From the NCBI GenBank assembly GCA_964016885.1, contig OZ024740.1:28706001-28770000 (forward strand): DNA of 64,000 nucleotides, written 5' to 3'. This stretch comes from Eledone cirrhosa. Taxonomy: Eukaryota. The translations under genes were made by a program, and so were the position numbers. Below are positions 14,901 to 28,700 of this stretch, piece by piece (the stretch's first letter is position 1; every line of letters begins with the position of its first letter). The notes below the pieces were generated by a model. That model saw nothing but the letters and a program-made list of their open reading frames with translations. It was not told the origin of the DNA and searched no databases.

Positions 14901-17900
14901 ATGTGTCTACTGTGTCAACAGCTGTCTTATATATGTGTCTACTGTGTTAACAGCTGTCTTATATATGTGTCTACTGTGCTAACAGCTGTCTTATATATGC
15001 GTCTACTGTGTTAACAGCTGTCTTATATATGTGTCTACTGTGTTAACAGCTGTCTTATATATGCGTCTACTGTGTTAACAGCTGTCTTATATATGCGTCT
15101 ACTGTGTCAACAGCTGTCTTATATATGCGTCTACTGTGTTAACAGCTGTCTTATATATGCGTCTACTGTGTCAAGAGCTGTCTTATATATGTGTCTACTG
15201 TGTTAACAGCTGTCTTATATATGCGTCTACTGTGTTAACTGCTGTGTTATATATGTGTCTACTGTGTTAATAGCTGTCTTATATATGTGTCTACTGTGTT
15301 AACAGCTGTCTTAAATATGTGTCTACTGTGTTAACAGCTGTCTTATATATGTGTCTACTGTGTCAACAGCTGTCTTATATATGTGTCTACTGTGTTAACA
15401 GCTGTCTTATATATGTGTCTACTGTGTTAACAGCTGTGTTATATATGTGTCTACTGTGTCAACAGCTGTCTTATATATGTGTCTACTGTGTTAACAGCTG
15501 TCTTATATATGTGTCTACTGTGTTAACAGCTGTCTTATATATGTGTCTACTGTGTTAACAGCTGTGTTATATATGTGTCTACTGTGTCAACAGCTGTGTT
15601 ATATATGTGTCTACTGTGTCAACAGCTGTCTTACATATGTGTGTACTGTGTCAACAGCTGTGTTATATATGTGTCTACTGTGTTAACAGCTGTCTTATAT
15701 ATGTGTCTACTGTGCTAACAGCTGTCTTATATATGTGTCTACTGTGTTAACAGATGTCTTATATATGTGTCTACTGTGCTAACAGCTGTCTTATATATGT
15801 GTCTACTGTGTTAACAGATGTCTTATATATGTGTCTACTGTGTTAACAGCTGTCTTATATATGTCTCTACTGTGTTAACAGCTGTCTTATATATGTGTCT
15901 TCTGTGTTAACAGCTGTCTTATATATGTCTCTACTGTGCTAACAGCTGTCTTATATATGTGTCTACTGTGTTAACAGCTGTCTTATATATGTGTCTACTG
16001 GGCTAACAGCTGTCTTATATATGTGTCTACTGTGTTAACAGCTGTCTTATATATGTGTCTACTGTGTTAACAGCTGTGTTATATATGTGTCTACTGTGCT
16101 AACAGCTGTCTTATATATGTGTCTACTGTGCTAACAGCTGTGTTATATATGTGTCGACAGTGTCAACAGCTGTCTTATATATGTGTCTACTGTGCTAACA
16201 GCTGTCTTATATATGTGTCTACTGTGCTAACAGCTGTGTTATATATGTGTCTACTGTGTCAACAGCTGTCTTATATATGTGTCTACTGTGCTAACAGCTG
16301 TCTTATATATGTGTCTACAGTGTCAACAGCTGTCTTATATATGTCTCTACTGTGTTAACAACTGTCTTATATATGTCTCTACTGTGCTAACAGCTGTCTT
16401 ATATATGTGTCTACAGTGTTAACAGCTGTCTTATATATGTGTCTACTGTGTCAACAGCTGTCTTATATATGTGTCTACTGTGCTAACAGCTGTCTTATAT
16501 ATGTGTCTACTGTGCTAACAGCTGTCTTATATATGTGTCTACAGTGTCAACAGCTGTCTTATATATGTGTCTACTGTGTTAACAGCTGTCTTATATATGT
16601 CTCTACTGTGCTAATAGCTGTCTTATATATGTGTCTACTGTGTTAACAGCTGTCTTATATATGTGTCTACTGTGTCAACAGCTGTCTTATATATGTGTCT
16701 ACTGTGCTAACAGCTGTGTTATATATGTGTCTACTGTGTTAAGAGCTGTCTTATATATGTGTCTACTATGCTAACATCTGTCTTATATATGTGTCTACTG
16801 TGTCAACAGCTGTGTTATATATGTGTCTACTGTGTTAACAGCTGTCTTATATATGTGTCTACTGTGCTAACAGCTGTGTTATATATGTGTCTACTGTGTT
16901 AAGAGCTGTCTTATATATGTGTCTACTGTGCTAACATCTGTCTTATATATGTGTCTACTGTGTTAACAGCTGTCTTATATATGTGTCTACTGTGTTAACA
17001 GCTGTCTTATATATGTGTCTACTGTGTCAACAGCTGTGTTATATATGTGTCTTCTGTGTTAACAGCTGTCTTATATATGCGTCTACTGTGTTAACTGCTG
17101 TGTTATATATGTGTCTACTGTGTTAACAGCTGTCTCATATATGTGTCTACTGTGTTAACAGCTGTCTTATACATGTGTCTACTGTGTCAACAGCTGTGTT
17201 ATATATGTGTCTACTGTGTTAACAGCTGTCTTATATATGTGTCTACTGTGTCAACAGCTGTCTTATATATGTGTCTACTGTGTTAACAGTTGTCTTATAT
17301 ATGTGTCTACTGTGCTAAAAGCTGTCTTATATATGCGTCTACTGTGTTAACAGCTGTCTTATATATGTGTCTACTGTGTTAACAGCTGTCTTATATATGC
17401 GTCTACTGTGTTAACAGCTGTCTTATATATGTGTCTACTGTGTTAACAGCTGTCTTACATATGTGTGTACTGTGTCAACAGCTGTGTTATATATGTGCCT
17501 ACTGTGTTAACAGCTGTCTTATATATGTGTCTACTGTGTTAACAGCTGTCTTATATATGTGTCTTCTGTGTTAACAGCTGTCTTATATATGTGTCTACTG
17601 TGTTAACAGCTGTCTTATATATGTGTCTACTGTGTTAACAGCTGTCTTACATATGTGTGTACTGTGTCAACAGCTGTGTTATATATGTGTCTACTGTGTT
17701 AACAGCTGTCTTATATATGTGTCTACTGTGTTAACAGCTGTCTTATATATGTGTCTTCTGTGTTAACAGCTGTCTTATATATGTGTCTACTGTGTTAACA
17801 GCTGTGTTATATATGTGTCTACTGTGTCAACAGCTGTGTTATATATGTGTCTACTGTGTTAACATCTGTCTTACATATGTGTGTACTGTGTCAACAGCTG

Positions 17901-20900
17901 TGTTATATATTTGTCTACTGTGTTAACAGCTGTCTTATATATGTGTCTACTGTGCTAACAGCTGTCTTATATATGTGTCTACTGTGTTAACAGATGTCTT
18001 ATATATGTGTCTACTGTGCTAACAGCTGTCTTATATATGTGTCTACTGTGTTAACAGATGTCTTATATATGTGTCTACTGTGTTAACAGCTGTGTTATAT
18101 ATGTGTCTACTGTGTCAACAGCTGTCTTATATATGTGTCTACTGTGTTAACAGCTGTGTTATATATGTGTGTACTGTGCTAACAGCTGTGTTATATATGT
18201 GTCTACTGTGTTAACAGCTGTCTTATATATGTCTCTACTGTGTTAACAGCTGTCTTATATATGTGTCTTCTGTGTTAACAGCTGTCTTATATATGTCTCT
18301 ACTGTGCTAACAGCTGTCTTATATATGTGTCTACTGTGTTAACAGCTGTCTTATATATGTGTCTACTGTGCTAACAGCTGTCTTATATATGTGTCTACTG
18401 TGTTAACAGCTGTCTTATATATGTGTCTACTGTGTTAACAGCTGTGTTATATATGTGTCTACTGTGCTAACAGCTGTCTTATATATGTGTCTACAGTGTC
18501 AACAGCTGTCTTATATATCTGTCTACTGTGTCAACAGCTGTCTTATATATGTGTCTACTGTGCTAACAGCTGTCTTATATATGTGTCTACTGTGCTAACA
18601 GCTGTCTTATATATGTGTCTACAGTGTCAACAGCTGTCTTATATATGTGTCTACTGTGTTAACAGCTGTCTTATATATGTCTCTACTGTGCTAACAGCTG
18701 TCTTATATATGTGTCTACTGTGTTAACAGCTGTCTTATATATGTGTCTACTGTGTCAACAGCTGTCTTATATATGTGTCTACTGTGCTAACAGCTGTGTT
18801 ATATATGCGTCTACTGTGTCAACAGCTGTCTTATATATGTGTCTACTGTGCTAACAACTGTGTTATATATGTGTCTACTGTGTTAACAGCTGTCTTATAT
18901 ATGTGTCTACTGTGCTAACAGCTGTGTTATATATGTGTCTACTGTGTTAAGAGCTGTCTTATATATGTGTCTACTGTGCTAACAGCTGTCTTATATATGT
19001 GTCTACTGTGTTAACAGCTGTCTTATATATGTGTCTACTGTGTTAACAGCTGTCTTATATATGTGTCTACTGTGTCAACAGCTGTGTTATATATCTGTCT
19101 TCTGTGTTAACAGCTGTCTTATATATGCGTCTACTGTGTTAACTGCTGTGTTATATATGTGTCTACTGTGTTAACAGCTGTCTTATATATGTGTCTACTG
19201 TGTTAACAGCTGTCTTATACATGTGTCTACTGTGTCAACAGCTGTGTTATATATGTGTCTACTGTGTTAACAGCTGTCTTATATATGTGTCTACTGTGTC
19301 AACAGCTGTCTTATATATGTGTCTACTGTGTTAACAGCTGTCTTATATATGTGTCTACTGTGCTAACAGCTGTCTTATATATGCGTCTTCTGTGTTAACA
19401 GCTGTCTTATATATGTGTCTACTGTGTTAACAGCTGTCTTATATATGCGTCTGCTGTGTTAACAGCTGTCTTATATATGCGTCTACTGTGTCAACAGCTG
19501 TCTTATATATGCGTCTTGTGTGTTAACAGCTGTCTTATATATGCGTCTACTGTGTCAAGAGCTGTCTTATATATGTGTCTACTGTGTTAACAGCTGTCTT
19601 ATATATGTGTCTACTGTGTTAACAGCTGTCTTACATATGTGTGTACTGTGTCAACAGCTGTGTTATATATGTGTCTACTGTGTTAACAGCTGTCTTATAT
19701 ATGTGTCTACTGTGTTAACAGCTGTCTTATATATGTGTCTTCTGTGTTAACAGCTGTCTTATATATGTGTCTACTGTGTTAACAGCTGTCTTATATATGT
19801 GTCTACTGTGTTAACAGCTGTCTTACATATGTGTGTACTGTGTCAACAGCTGTGTTATATATGTGTCTACTGTGTTAACAGCTGTCTTATATATGTGTCT
19901 ACTGTGTTAACAGCTGTCTTATATATGTGTCTTCTGTGTTAACAGCTGTCTTATATATGTGTCTACTGTGTTAACAGCTGTGTTATATATGTGTCTACTG
20001 TGTCAACAGCTGTGTTATATATGTGTCTACTGTGTTAACATCTGTCTTACATATGTGTGTACTGTGTCAACAGCTGTGTTATATATTTGTCTACTGTGTT
20101 AACAGCTGTCTTATATATGTGTCTACTGTGCTAACAGCTGTCTTATATATGTGTCTACTGTGTTAACAGATGTCTTATATATGTGTCTACTGTGCTAACA
20201 GCTGTCTTATATATGTGTCTACTGTGTTAACAGCTGTGTTATATATGTGTCTACTGTGTCAACAGCTGTCTTATATATGTGTCTACTGTGTTAACAGCTG
20301 TGTTATATATGTGTGTACTGTGCTAACAGCTGTGTTATATATGTGTCTACTGTGTTAACAGCTGTCTTATATATGTCTCTACTGTGTTAACAGCTGTCTT
20401 ATATATGTGTCTTCTGTGTTAACAGCTGTCTTATATATGTCTCTACTGTGCTAACAGCTGTCTTATATATGTGTCTACTGTGTTAACAGTTGTCTTATAT
20501 ATGTGTCTACTGTGCTAACAGCTGTCTTATATATGTGTCTACTGTGTTAACAGCTGTCTTATATATGTGTCTACTGTGTTAACAGCTGTGTTATATATGT
20601 GTCTACTGTGCTAACAGCTGTCTTATATATGTGTCTACAGTGTCAACAGCTGTCTTATATATCTGTCTACTGTGTCAACAGCTGTCTTATATATGTGTCT
20701 ACTGTGCTAACAGCTGTCTTATATATGTGTCTACTGTGCTAACAGCTGTCTTATATATGTGTCTACAGTGTCAACAGCTGTCTTATATATGTGTCTACTG
20801 TGTTAACAGCTGTCTTATATATGTCTCTACTGTGCTAACAGCTGTCTTATATATGTGTCTACTGTGTTAACAGCTGTCTTATATATGTGTCTACTGTGTC

Positions 20901-22770
20901 AACAGCTGTCTTATATATGTGTCTACTGTGCTAACAGCTGTGTTATATATGCGTCTACTGTGTCAACAGCTGTCTTATATATGTGTCTACTGTGCTAACA
21001 GCTGTGTTATATATGTGTCTACTGTGTTAACAGCTGTCTTATATATGTGTCTACTGTGCTAACAGCTGTGTTATATATGTGTCTACTGTGTTAAGAGCTG
21101 TCTTATATATGTGTCTACTGTGCTAACAGCTGTCTTATATATGTGTCTACTGTGTTAACAGCTGTCTTATATATGTGTCTACTGTGTTAACAGCTGTCTT
21201 ATATATGTGTCTACTGTGTCAACAGCTGTGTTATATATGTGTCTTCTGTGTTAACAGCTGTCTTATATATGCGTCTACTGTGTTAACTGCTGTGTTATAT
21301 ATGTGTCTACTGTGTTAACAGCTGTCTTATATATGTGTCTACTGTGTTAACAGCTGTCTTATACATGTGTCTACTGTGTCAACAGCTGTGTTATATATGT
21401 GTCTACTGTGTCAACAGCTGTGTTATATATGTGTCTTCTGTGTTAACAGCTGTCTTATATATGCGTCTACTGTGTTAACTGCTGTGTTATATATGTGTCT
21501 ACTGTGTTAACAGCTGTCTCATATATGTGTCTACTGTGTTAACAGCTGTCTTATACATGTGTCTACTGTGTCAACAGCTGTGTTATATATGTGTCTACTG
21601 TGTTAACAGCTGTCTTATATATGTGTCTACTGTGTCAACAGCTGTCTTATATATGTGTCTACTGTGTTAACAGTTGTCTTATATATGTGTCTACTGTGCT
21701 AACAGCTGTCTTATATATGCGTCTACTGTGTTAACAGCTGTCTTATATATGTGTCTACTGTGTTAACAGCTGTCTTATATATGCGTCTACTGTGTTAACA
21801 GCTGTCTTATATATGTGTCTACTGTGTTAACAGCTGTCTTACATATGTGTGTACTGTGTCAACAGCTGTGTTATATATGTGTCTACTGTGTTAACAGCTG
21901 TCTTATATATGTGTCTACTGTGTTAACAGCTGTCTTATATATGTGTCTTCTGTGTTAACAGCTGTCTTATATATGTGTCTACTGTGTTAACAGCTGTCTT
22001 ATATATGTGTCTACTGTGTTAACAGCTGTCTTACATATGTGTGTACTGTGTCAACAGCTGTGTTATATATGTGTCTACTGTGTTAACAGCTGTCTTATAT
22101 ATGTGTCTACTGTGTTAACAGCTGTCTTATATATGTGTCTTCTGTGTTAACAGCTGTCTTATATATGTGTCTACTGTGTTAACAGCTGTGTTATATATGT
22201 GTCTACTGTGTCAACAGCTGTGTTATATATGTGTCTACTGTGTTAACATCTGTCTTACATATGTGTGTACTGTGTCAACAGCTGTGTTATATATTTGTCT
22301 ACTGTGTTAACAGCTGTCTTATATATGTGTCTACTGTGCTAACAGCTGTCTTATATATGTGTCTACTGTGTTAACAGATGTCTTATATATGTGTCTACTG
22401 TGCTAACAGCTGTCTTATATATGTGTCTACTGTGTTAACAGATGTCTTATATATGTGTCTACTGTGTTAACAGCTGTGTTATATATGTGTCTACTGTGTC
22501 AACAGCTGTCTTATATATGTGTCTACTGTGTTAACAGCTGTGTTATATATGTGTGTACTGTGCTAACAGCTGTGTTATATATGTGTCTACTGTGTTAACA
22601 GCTGTCTTATATATGTCTCTACTGTGTTAACAGCTGTCTTATATATGTGTCTTCTGTGTTAACAGCTGTCTTATATATGTCTCTACTGTGCTAACAGCTG
22701 TCTTATATATGTGTCTACTGTGTTAACAGCTGTCTTATATATGTGTCTACTGTGCTAACAGCTGTCTTAT
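2930..22770. repeat. Large tandem block duplication (~2930-14070 copied at ~14070-22770); boundaries approximate
   Basis: Rare variants match at offset 11,136 bp (348 monomers): CTACCG 3295/14431, GTCGAC 5017/16153 and CTAAAAG 6181/17317. Further along they match at offset 8,704 bp (272 monomers): ORF markers 9783/18487, 10816/19520, 11466/20170 and 11927/20631. Confidence 0.88.
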
Positions 22771-25700
22771 ATATGTGTCTACTGTGTTAACAGCTGTCTT
22801 ATATATGTGTCTACTGTGTTAACAGCTGTGTTATATATGTGTCTACTGTGCTAACAGCTGTCTTATATATGTGTCTACAGTGTCAACAGCTGTCTTATAT
22901 ATCTGTCTACTGTGTCAACAGCTGTCTTATATATGTGTCTACTGTGCTAACAGCTGTCTTATATATGTGTCTACTGTGCTAACAGCTGTCTTATATATGT
23001 GTCTACAGTGTCAACAGCTGTCTTATATATGTGTCTACTGTGTTAACAGCTGTCTTATATATGTCTCTACTGTGCTAACAGCTGTCTTATATATGTGTCT
23101 ACTGTGTTAACAGCTGTCTTATATATGTGTCTACTGTGTCAACAGCTGTCTTATATATGTGTCTACTGTGCTAACAGCTGTGTTATATATGTGTCTACTG
23201 TGTTAACAGCTGTCTTATATATGTGTCTACTGTGCTAACAGCTGTGTTATATATGTGTCTACTGTGTTAAGAGCTGTCTTATATATGTGTCTACTGTGCT
23301 AACAGCTGTCTTATATATGTGTCTACTGTGTTAACAGCTGTCTTATATATGTGTCTACTGTGTTAACAGCTGTCTTATATATGTGTCTACTGTGTCAACA
23401 GCTGTGTTATATATGTGTCTTCTGTGTTAACAGCTGTCTTATATATGCGTCTACTGTGTTAACTGCTGTGTTATATATGTGTCTACTGTGTTAACAGCTG
23501 TCTTATATATGTGTCTACTGTGTTAACAGCTGTCTTATACATGTGTCTACTGTGTCAACAGCTGTGTTATATATGTGTCTACTGTGTTAACAGCTGTCTT
23601 ATATATGTGTCTACTGTGTCAACAGCTGTCTTATATATGTGTCTACTGTGTTAACAGCTGTCTTATATATGTGTCTACTGTGCTAACAGCTGTCTTATAT
23701 ATGCGTCTTCTGTGTTAACAGCTGTCTTATATATGTGTCTACTGTGTTAACAGCTGTCTTATATATGCGTCTACTGTGTTAACAGCTGTCTTATATATGC
23801 GTCTACTGTGTCAACAGCTGTCTTATATATGCGTCTTGTGTGTTAACAGCTGTCTTATATATGCGTCTACTGTGTCAAGAGCTGTCTTATATATGTGTCT
23901 ACTGTGTTAACAGCTGTCTTATATATGCGTCTACTGTGTTAACAGCTGTCTTATATATGTGTCTACTGTGTTAACAGCTGTCTTACATATGTGTGTACTG
24001 TGTCAACAGCTGTGTTATATATGTGTCTACTGTGTTAACAGCTGTCTTATATATGTGTCTACTGTGTTAACAGCTGTCTTATATATGTGTCTTCTGTGTT
24101 AACAGCTGTCTTATATATGTGTCTACTGTGTTAACAGCTGTCTTATATATGTGTCTACTGTGTTAACAGCTGTCTTACATATGTGTGTACTGTGTCAACA
24201 GCTGTGTTATATATGTGTCTACTGTGTTAACAGCTGTCTTATATATGTGTCTACTGTGTTAACAGCTGTCTTATATATGTGTCTTCTGTGTTAACAGCTG
24301 TCTTATATATGTGTCTACTGTGTTAACAGCTGTGTTATATATGTGTCTACTGTGTCAACAGCTGTGTTATATATGTGTCTACTGTGTTAACATCTGTCTT
24401 ACATATGTGTGTACTGTGTCAACAGCTGTGTTATATATTTGTCTACTGTGTTAACAGCTGTCTTATATATGTGTCTACTGTGCTAACAGCTGTCTTATAT
24501 ATGTGTCTACTGTGTTAACAGATGTCTTATATATGTGTCTACTGTGCTAACAGCTGTCTTATATATGTGTCTACTGTGTTAACAGATGTCTTATATATGT
24601 GTCTACTGTGTTAACAGCTGTGTTATATATGTGTCTACTGTGTCAACAGCTGTCTTATATATGTGTCTACTGTGTTAACAGCTGTGTTATATATGTGTGT
24701 ACTGTGCTAACAGCTGTGTTATATATGTGTCTACTGTGTTAACAGCTGTCTTATATATGTCTCTACTGTGTTAACAGCTGTCTTATATATGTGTCTTCTG
24801 TGTTAACAGCTGTCTTATATATGTGTCTACTGTGCTAACAGCTGTCTTATATATGTGTCTACTGTGTTAACAGATGTCTTATATATGTGTCTACTGTGCT
24901 AACAGCTGTCTTATATATGTGTCTACTGTGTTAACAGATGTCTTATATATGTGTCTACTGTGTTAACAGCTGTGTTATATATGTGTCTACTGTGTCAACA
25001 GCTGTCTTATATATGTGTCTACTGTGTTAACAGCTGTGTTATATATGTGTGTACTGTGCTAACAGCTGTGTTATATATGTGTCTACTGTGTTAACAGCTG
25101 TCTTATATATGTCTCTACTGTGTTAACAGCTGTCTTATATATGTGTCTTCTGTGTTAACAGCTGTCTTATATATGTCTCTACTGTGCTAACAGCTGTCTT
25201 ATATATGTGTCTACTGTGTTAACAGCTGTCTTATATATGTGTCTACTGTGCTAACAGCTGTCTTATATATGTGTCTACTGTGTTAACAGCTGTCTTATAT
25301 ATGTGTCTACTGTGTTAACAGCTGTCTTACATATGTGTGTACTGTGTCAACAGCTGTGTTATATATGTGTCTACTGTGTTAACAGCTGTCTTATATATGT
25401 GTCTACTGTGTTAACAGCTGTCTTATATATGTGTCTTCTGTGTTAACAGCTGTCTTATATATGTGTCTACTGTGTTAACAGCTGTGTTATATATGTGTCT
25501 ACTGTGTCAACAGCTGTGTTATATATGTGTCTACTGTGTTAACATCTGTCTTACATATGTGTGTACTGTGTCAACAGCTGTGTTATATATTTGTCTACTG
25601 TGTTAACAGCTGTCTTATATATGTGTCTACTGTGCTAACAGCTGTCTTATATATGTGTCTACTGTGTTAACAGATGTCTTATATATGTGTCTACTGTGCT

Positions 25701-28700
25701 AACAGCTGTCTTATATATGTGTCTACTGTGTTAACAGATGTCTTATATATGTGTCTACTGTGTTAACAGCTGTGTTATATATGTGTCTACTGTGTCAACA
25801 GCTGTCTTATATATGTGTCTACTGTGTTAACAGCTGTGTTATATATGTGTGTACTGTGCTAACAGCTGTGTTATATATGTGTCTACTGTGTTAACAGCTG
25901 TCTTATATATGTCTCTACTGTGTTAACAGCTGTCTTATATATGTGTCTTCTGTGTTAACAGCTGTCTTATATATGTCTCTACTGTGCTAACAGCTGTCTT
26001 ATATATGTGTCTACTGTGTTAACAGCTGTCTTATATATGTGTCTACTGTGCTAACAGCTGTCTTATATATGTGTCTACTGTGTTAACAGCTGTCTTATAT
26101 ATGTGTCTACTGTGTTAACAGCTGTGTTATATATGTGTCTACTGTGCTAACAGCTGTCTTATATATGTGTCTACAGTGTCAACAGCTGTCTTATATATCT
26201 GTCTACTGTGTCAACAGCTGTCTTATATATGTGTCTACTGTGCTAACAGCTGTCTTATATATGTGTCTACTGTGCTAACAGCTGTCTTATATATGTGTCT
26301 ACTGTGTTAACAGCTGTCTTATATATGTGTCTACTGTGTTAACAGCTGTGTTATATATGTGTCTACTGTGCTAACAGCTGTCTTATATATGTGTCTACAG
26401 TGTCAACAGCTGTCTTATATATCTGTCTACTGTGTCAACAGCTGTCTTATATATGTGTCTACTGTGCTAACAGCTGTCTTATATATGTGTCTACTGTGCT
26501 AACAGCTGTCTTATATATGTGTCTACAGTGTCAACAGCTGTCTTATATATGTGTCTACTGTGTTAACAGCTGTCTTATATATGTCTCTACTGTGCTAACA
26601 GCTGTCTTATATATGTGTCTACTGTGTTAACAGCTGTCTTATATATGTGTCTACTGTGTCAACAGCTGTCTTATATATGTGTCTACTGTGCTAACAGCTG
26701 TGTTATATATGCGTCTACTGTGTCAACAGCTGTCTTATATATGTGTCTACTGTGCTAACAACTGTGTTATATATGTGTCTACTGTGTTAACAGCTGTCTT
26801 ATATATGTGTCTACTGTGCTAACAGCTGTGTTATATATGTGTCTACTGTGTTAAGAGCTGTCTTATATATGTGTATACTGTGCTAACAGCTGTCTTATAT
26901 ATGTGTCTACTGTGTTAACAGCTGTCTTATATATGTGTCTACTGTGTTAACAGCTGTCTTATATATGTGTCTACTGTGTCAACAGCTGTGTTATATATGT
27001 GTCTTCTGTGTTAACAGCTGTCTTATATATGCGTCTACTGTGTTAACTGCTGTGTTATATATGTGTCTACTGTGTTAACAGCTGTCTTATATATGTGTCT
27101 ACTGTGTTAACAGCTGTCTTATACATGTGTCTACTGTGTCAACAGCTGTGTTATATATGTGTCTACTGTGTTAACAGCTGTCTTATATATGTGTCTACTG
27201 TGTCAACAGCTGTCTTATATATGTGTCTACTGTGTTAACAGCTGTCTTATATATGTGTCTACTGTGCTAACAGCTGTCTTATATATGCGTCTTCTGTGTT
27301 AACAGCTGTCTTATATATGTGTCTACTGTGTTAACAGCTGTCTTATATATGCGTCTACTGTGTTAACAGCTGTCTTATATATGCGTCTACTGTGTCAACA
27401 GCTGTCTTATATATGCGTCTTGTGTGTTAACAGCTGTCTTATATATGCGTCTACTGTGTCAAGAGCTGTCTTATATATGTGTCTACTGTGTTAACAGCTG
27501 TCTTATATATGCGTCTACTGTGTTAACAGCTGTCTTATATATGTGTCTACTGTGTTAACAGCTGTCTTACATATGTGTGTACTGTGTCAACAGCTGTGTT
27601 ATATATGTGTCTACTGTGTTAACAGCTGTCTTATATATGTGTCTTCTGTGTTAACAGCTGTCTTATATATGTGTCTACTGTGTTAACAGCTGTCTTATAT
27701 ATGTGTCTACTGTGTTAACAGCTGTCTTACATATGTGTGTACTGTGTCAACAGCTGTGTTATATATGTGTCTACTGTGTTAACAGCTGTCTTATATATGT
27801 GTCTACTGTGTTAACAGCTGTCTTATATATGTGTCTTCTGTGTTAACAGCTGTCTTATATATGTGTCTACTGTGTTAACAGCTGTGTTATATATGTGTCT
27901 ACTGTGTCAACAGCTGTGTTATATATGTGTCTACTGTGTTAACATCTGTCTTACATATGTGTGTACTGTGTCAACAGCTGTGTTATATATTTGTCTACTG
28001 TGTTAACAGCTGTCTTATATATGTGTCTACTGTGCTAACAGCTGTCTTATATATGTGTCTACTGTGTTAACAGATGTCTTATATATGTGTCTACTGTGCT
28101 AACAGCTGTCTTATATATGTGTCTACTGTGTTAACAGATGTCTTATATATGTGTCTACTGTGTTAACAGCTGTGTTATATATGTGTCTACTGTGTCAACA
28201 GCTGTCTTATATATGTGTCTACTGTGTTAACAGCTGTGTTATATATGTGTGTACTGTGCTAACAGCTGTGTTATATATGTGTCTACTGTGTTAACAGCTG
28301 TCTTATATATGTCTCTACTGTGTTAACAGCTGTCTTATATATGTGTCTTCTGTGTTAACAGCTGTCTTATATATGTCTCTACTGTGCTAACAGCTGTCTT
28401 ATATATGTGTCTACTGTGTTAACAGCTGTCTTATATATGTGTCTACTGTGCTAACAGCTGTCTTATATATGTGTCTACTGTGTTAACAGCTGTCTTATAT
28501 ATGTGTCTACTGTGTTAACAGCTGTGTTATATATGTGTCTACTGTGCTAACAGCTGTCTTATATATGTGTCTACAGTGTCAACAGCTGTCTTATATATCT
28601 GTCTACTGTGTCAACAGCTGTCTTATATATGTGTCTACTGTGCTAACAGCTGTCTTATATATGTGTCTACTGTGCTAACAGCTGTCTTATATATGTGTCT

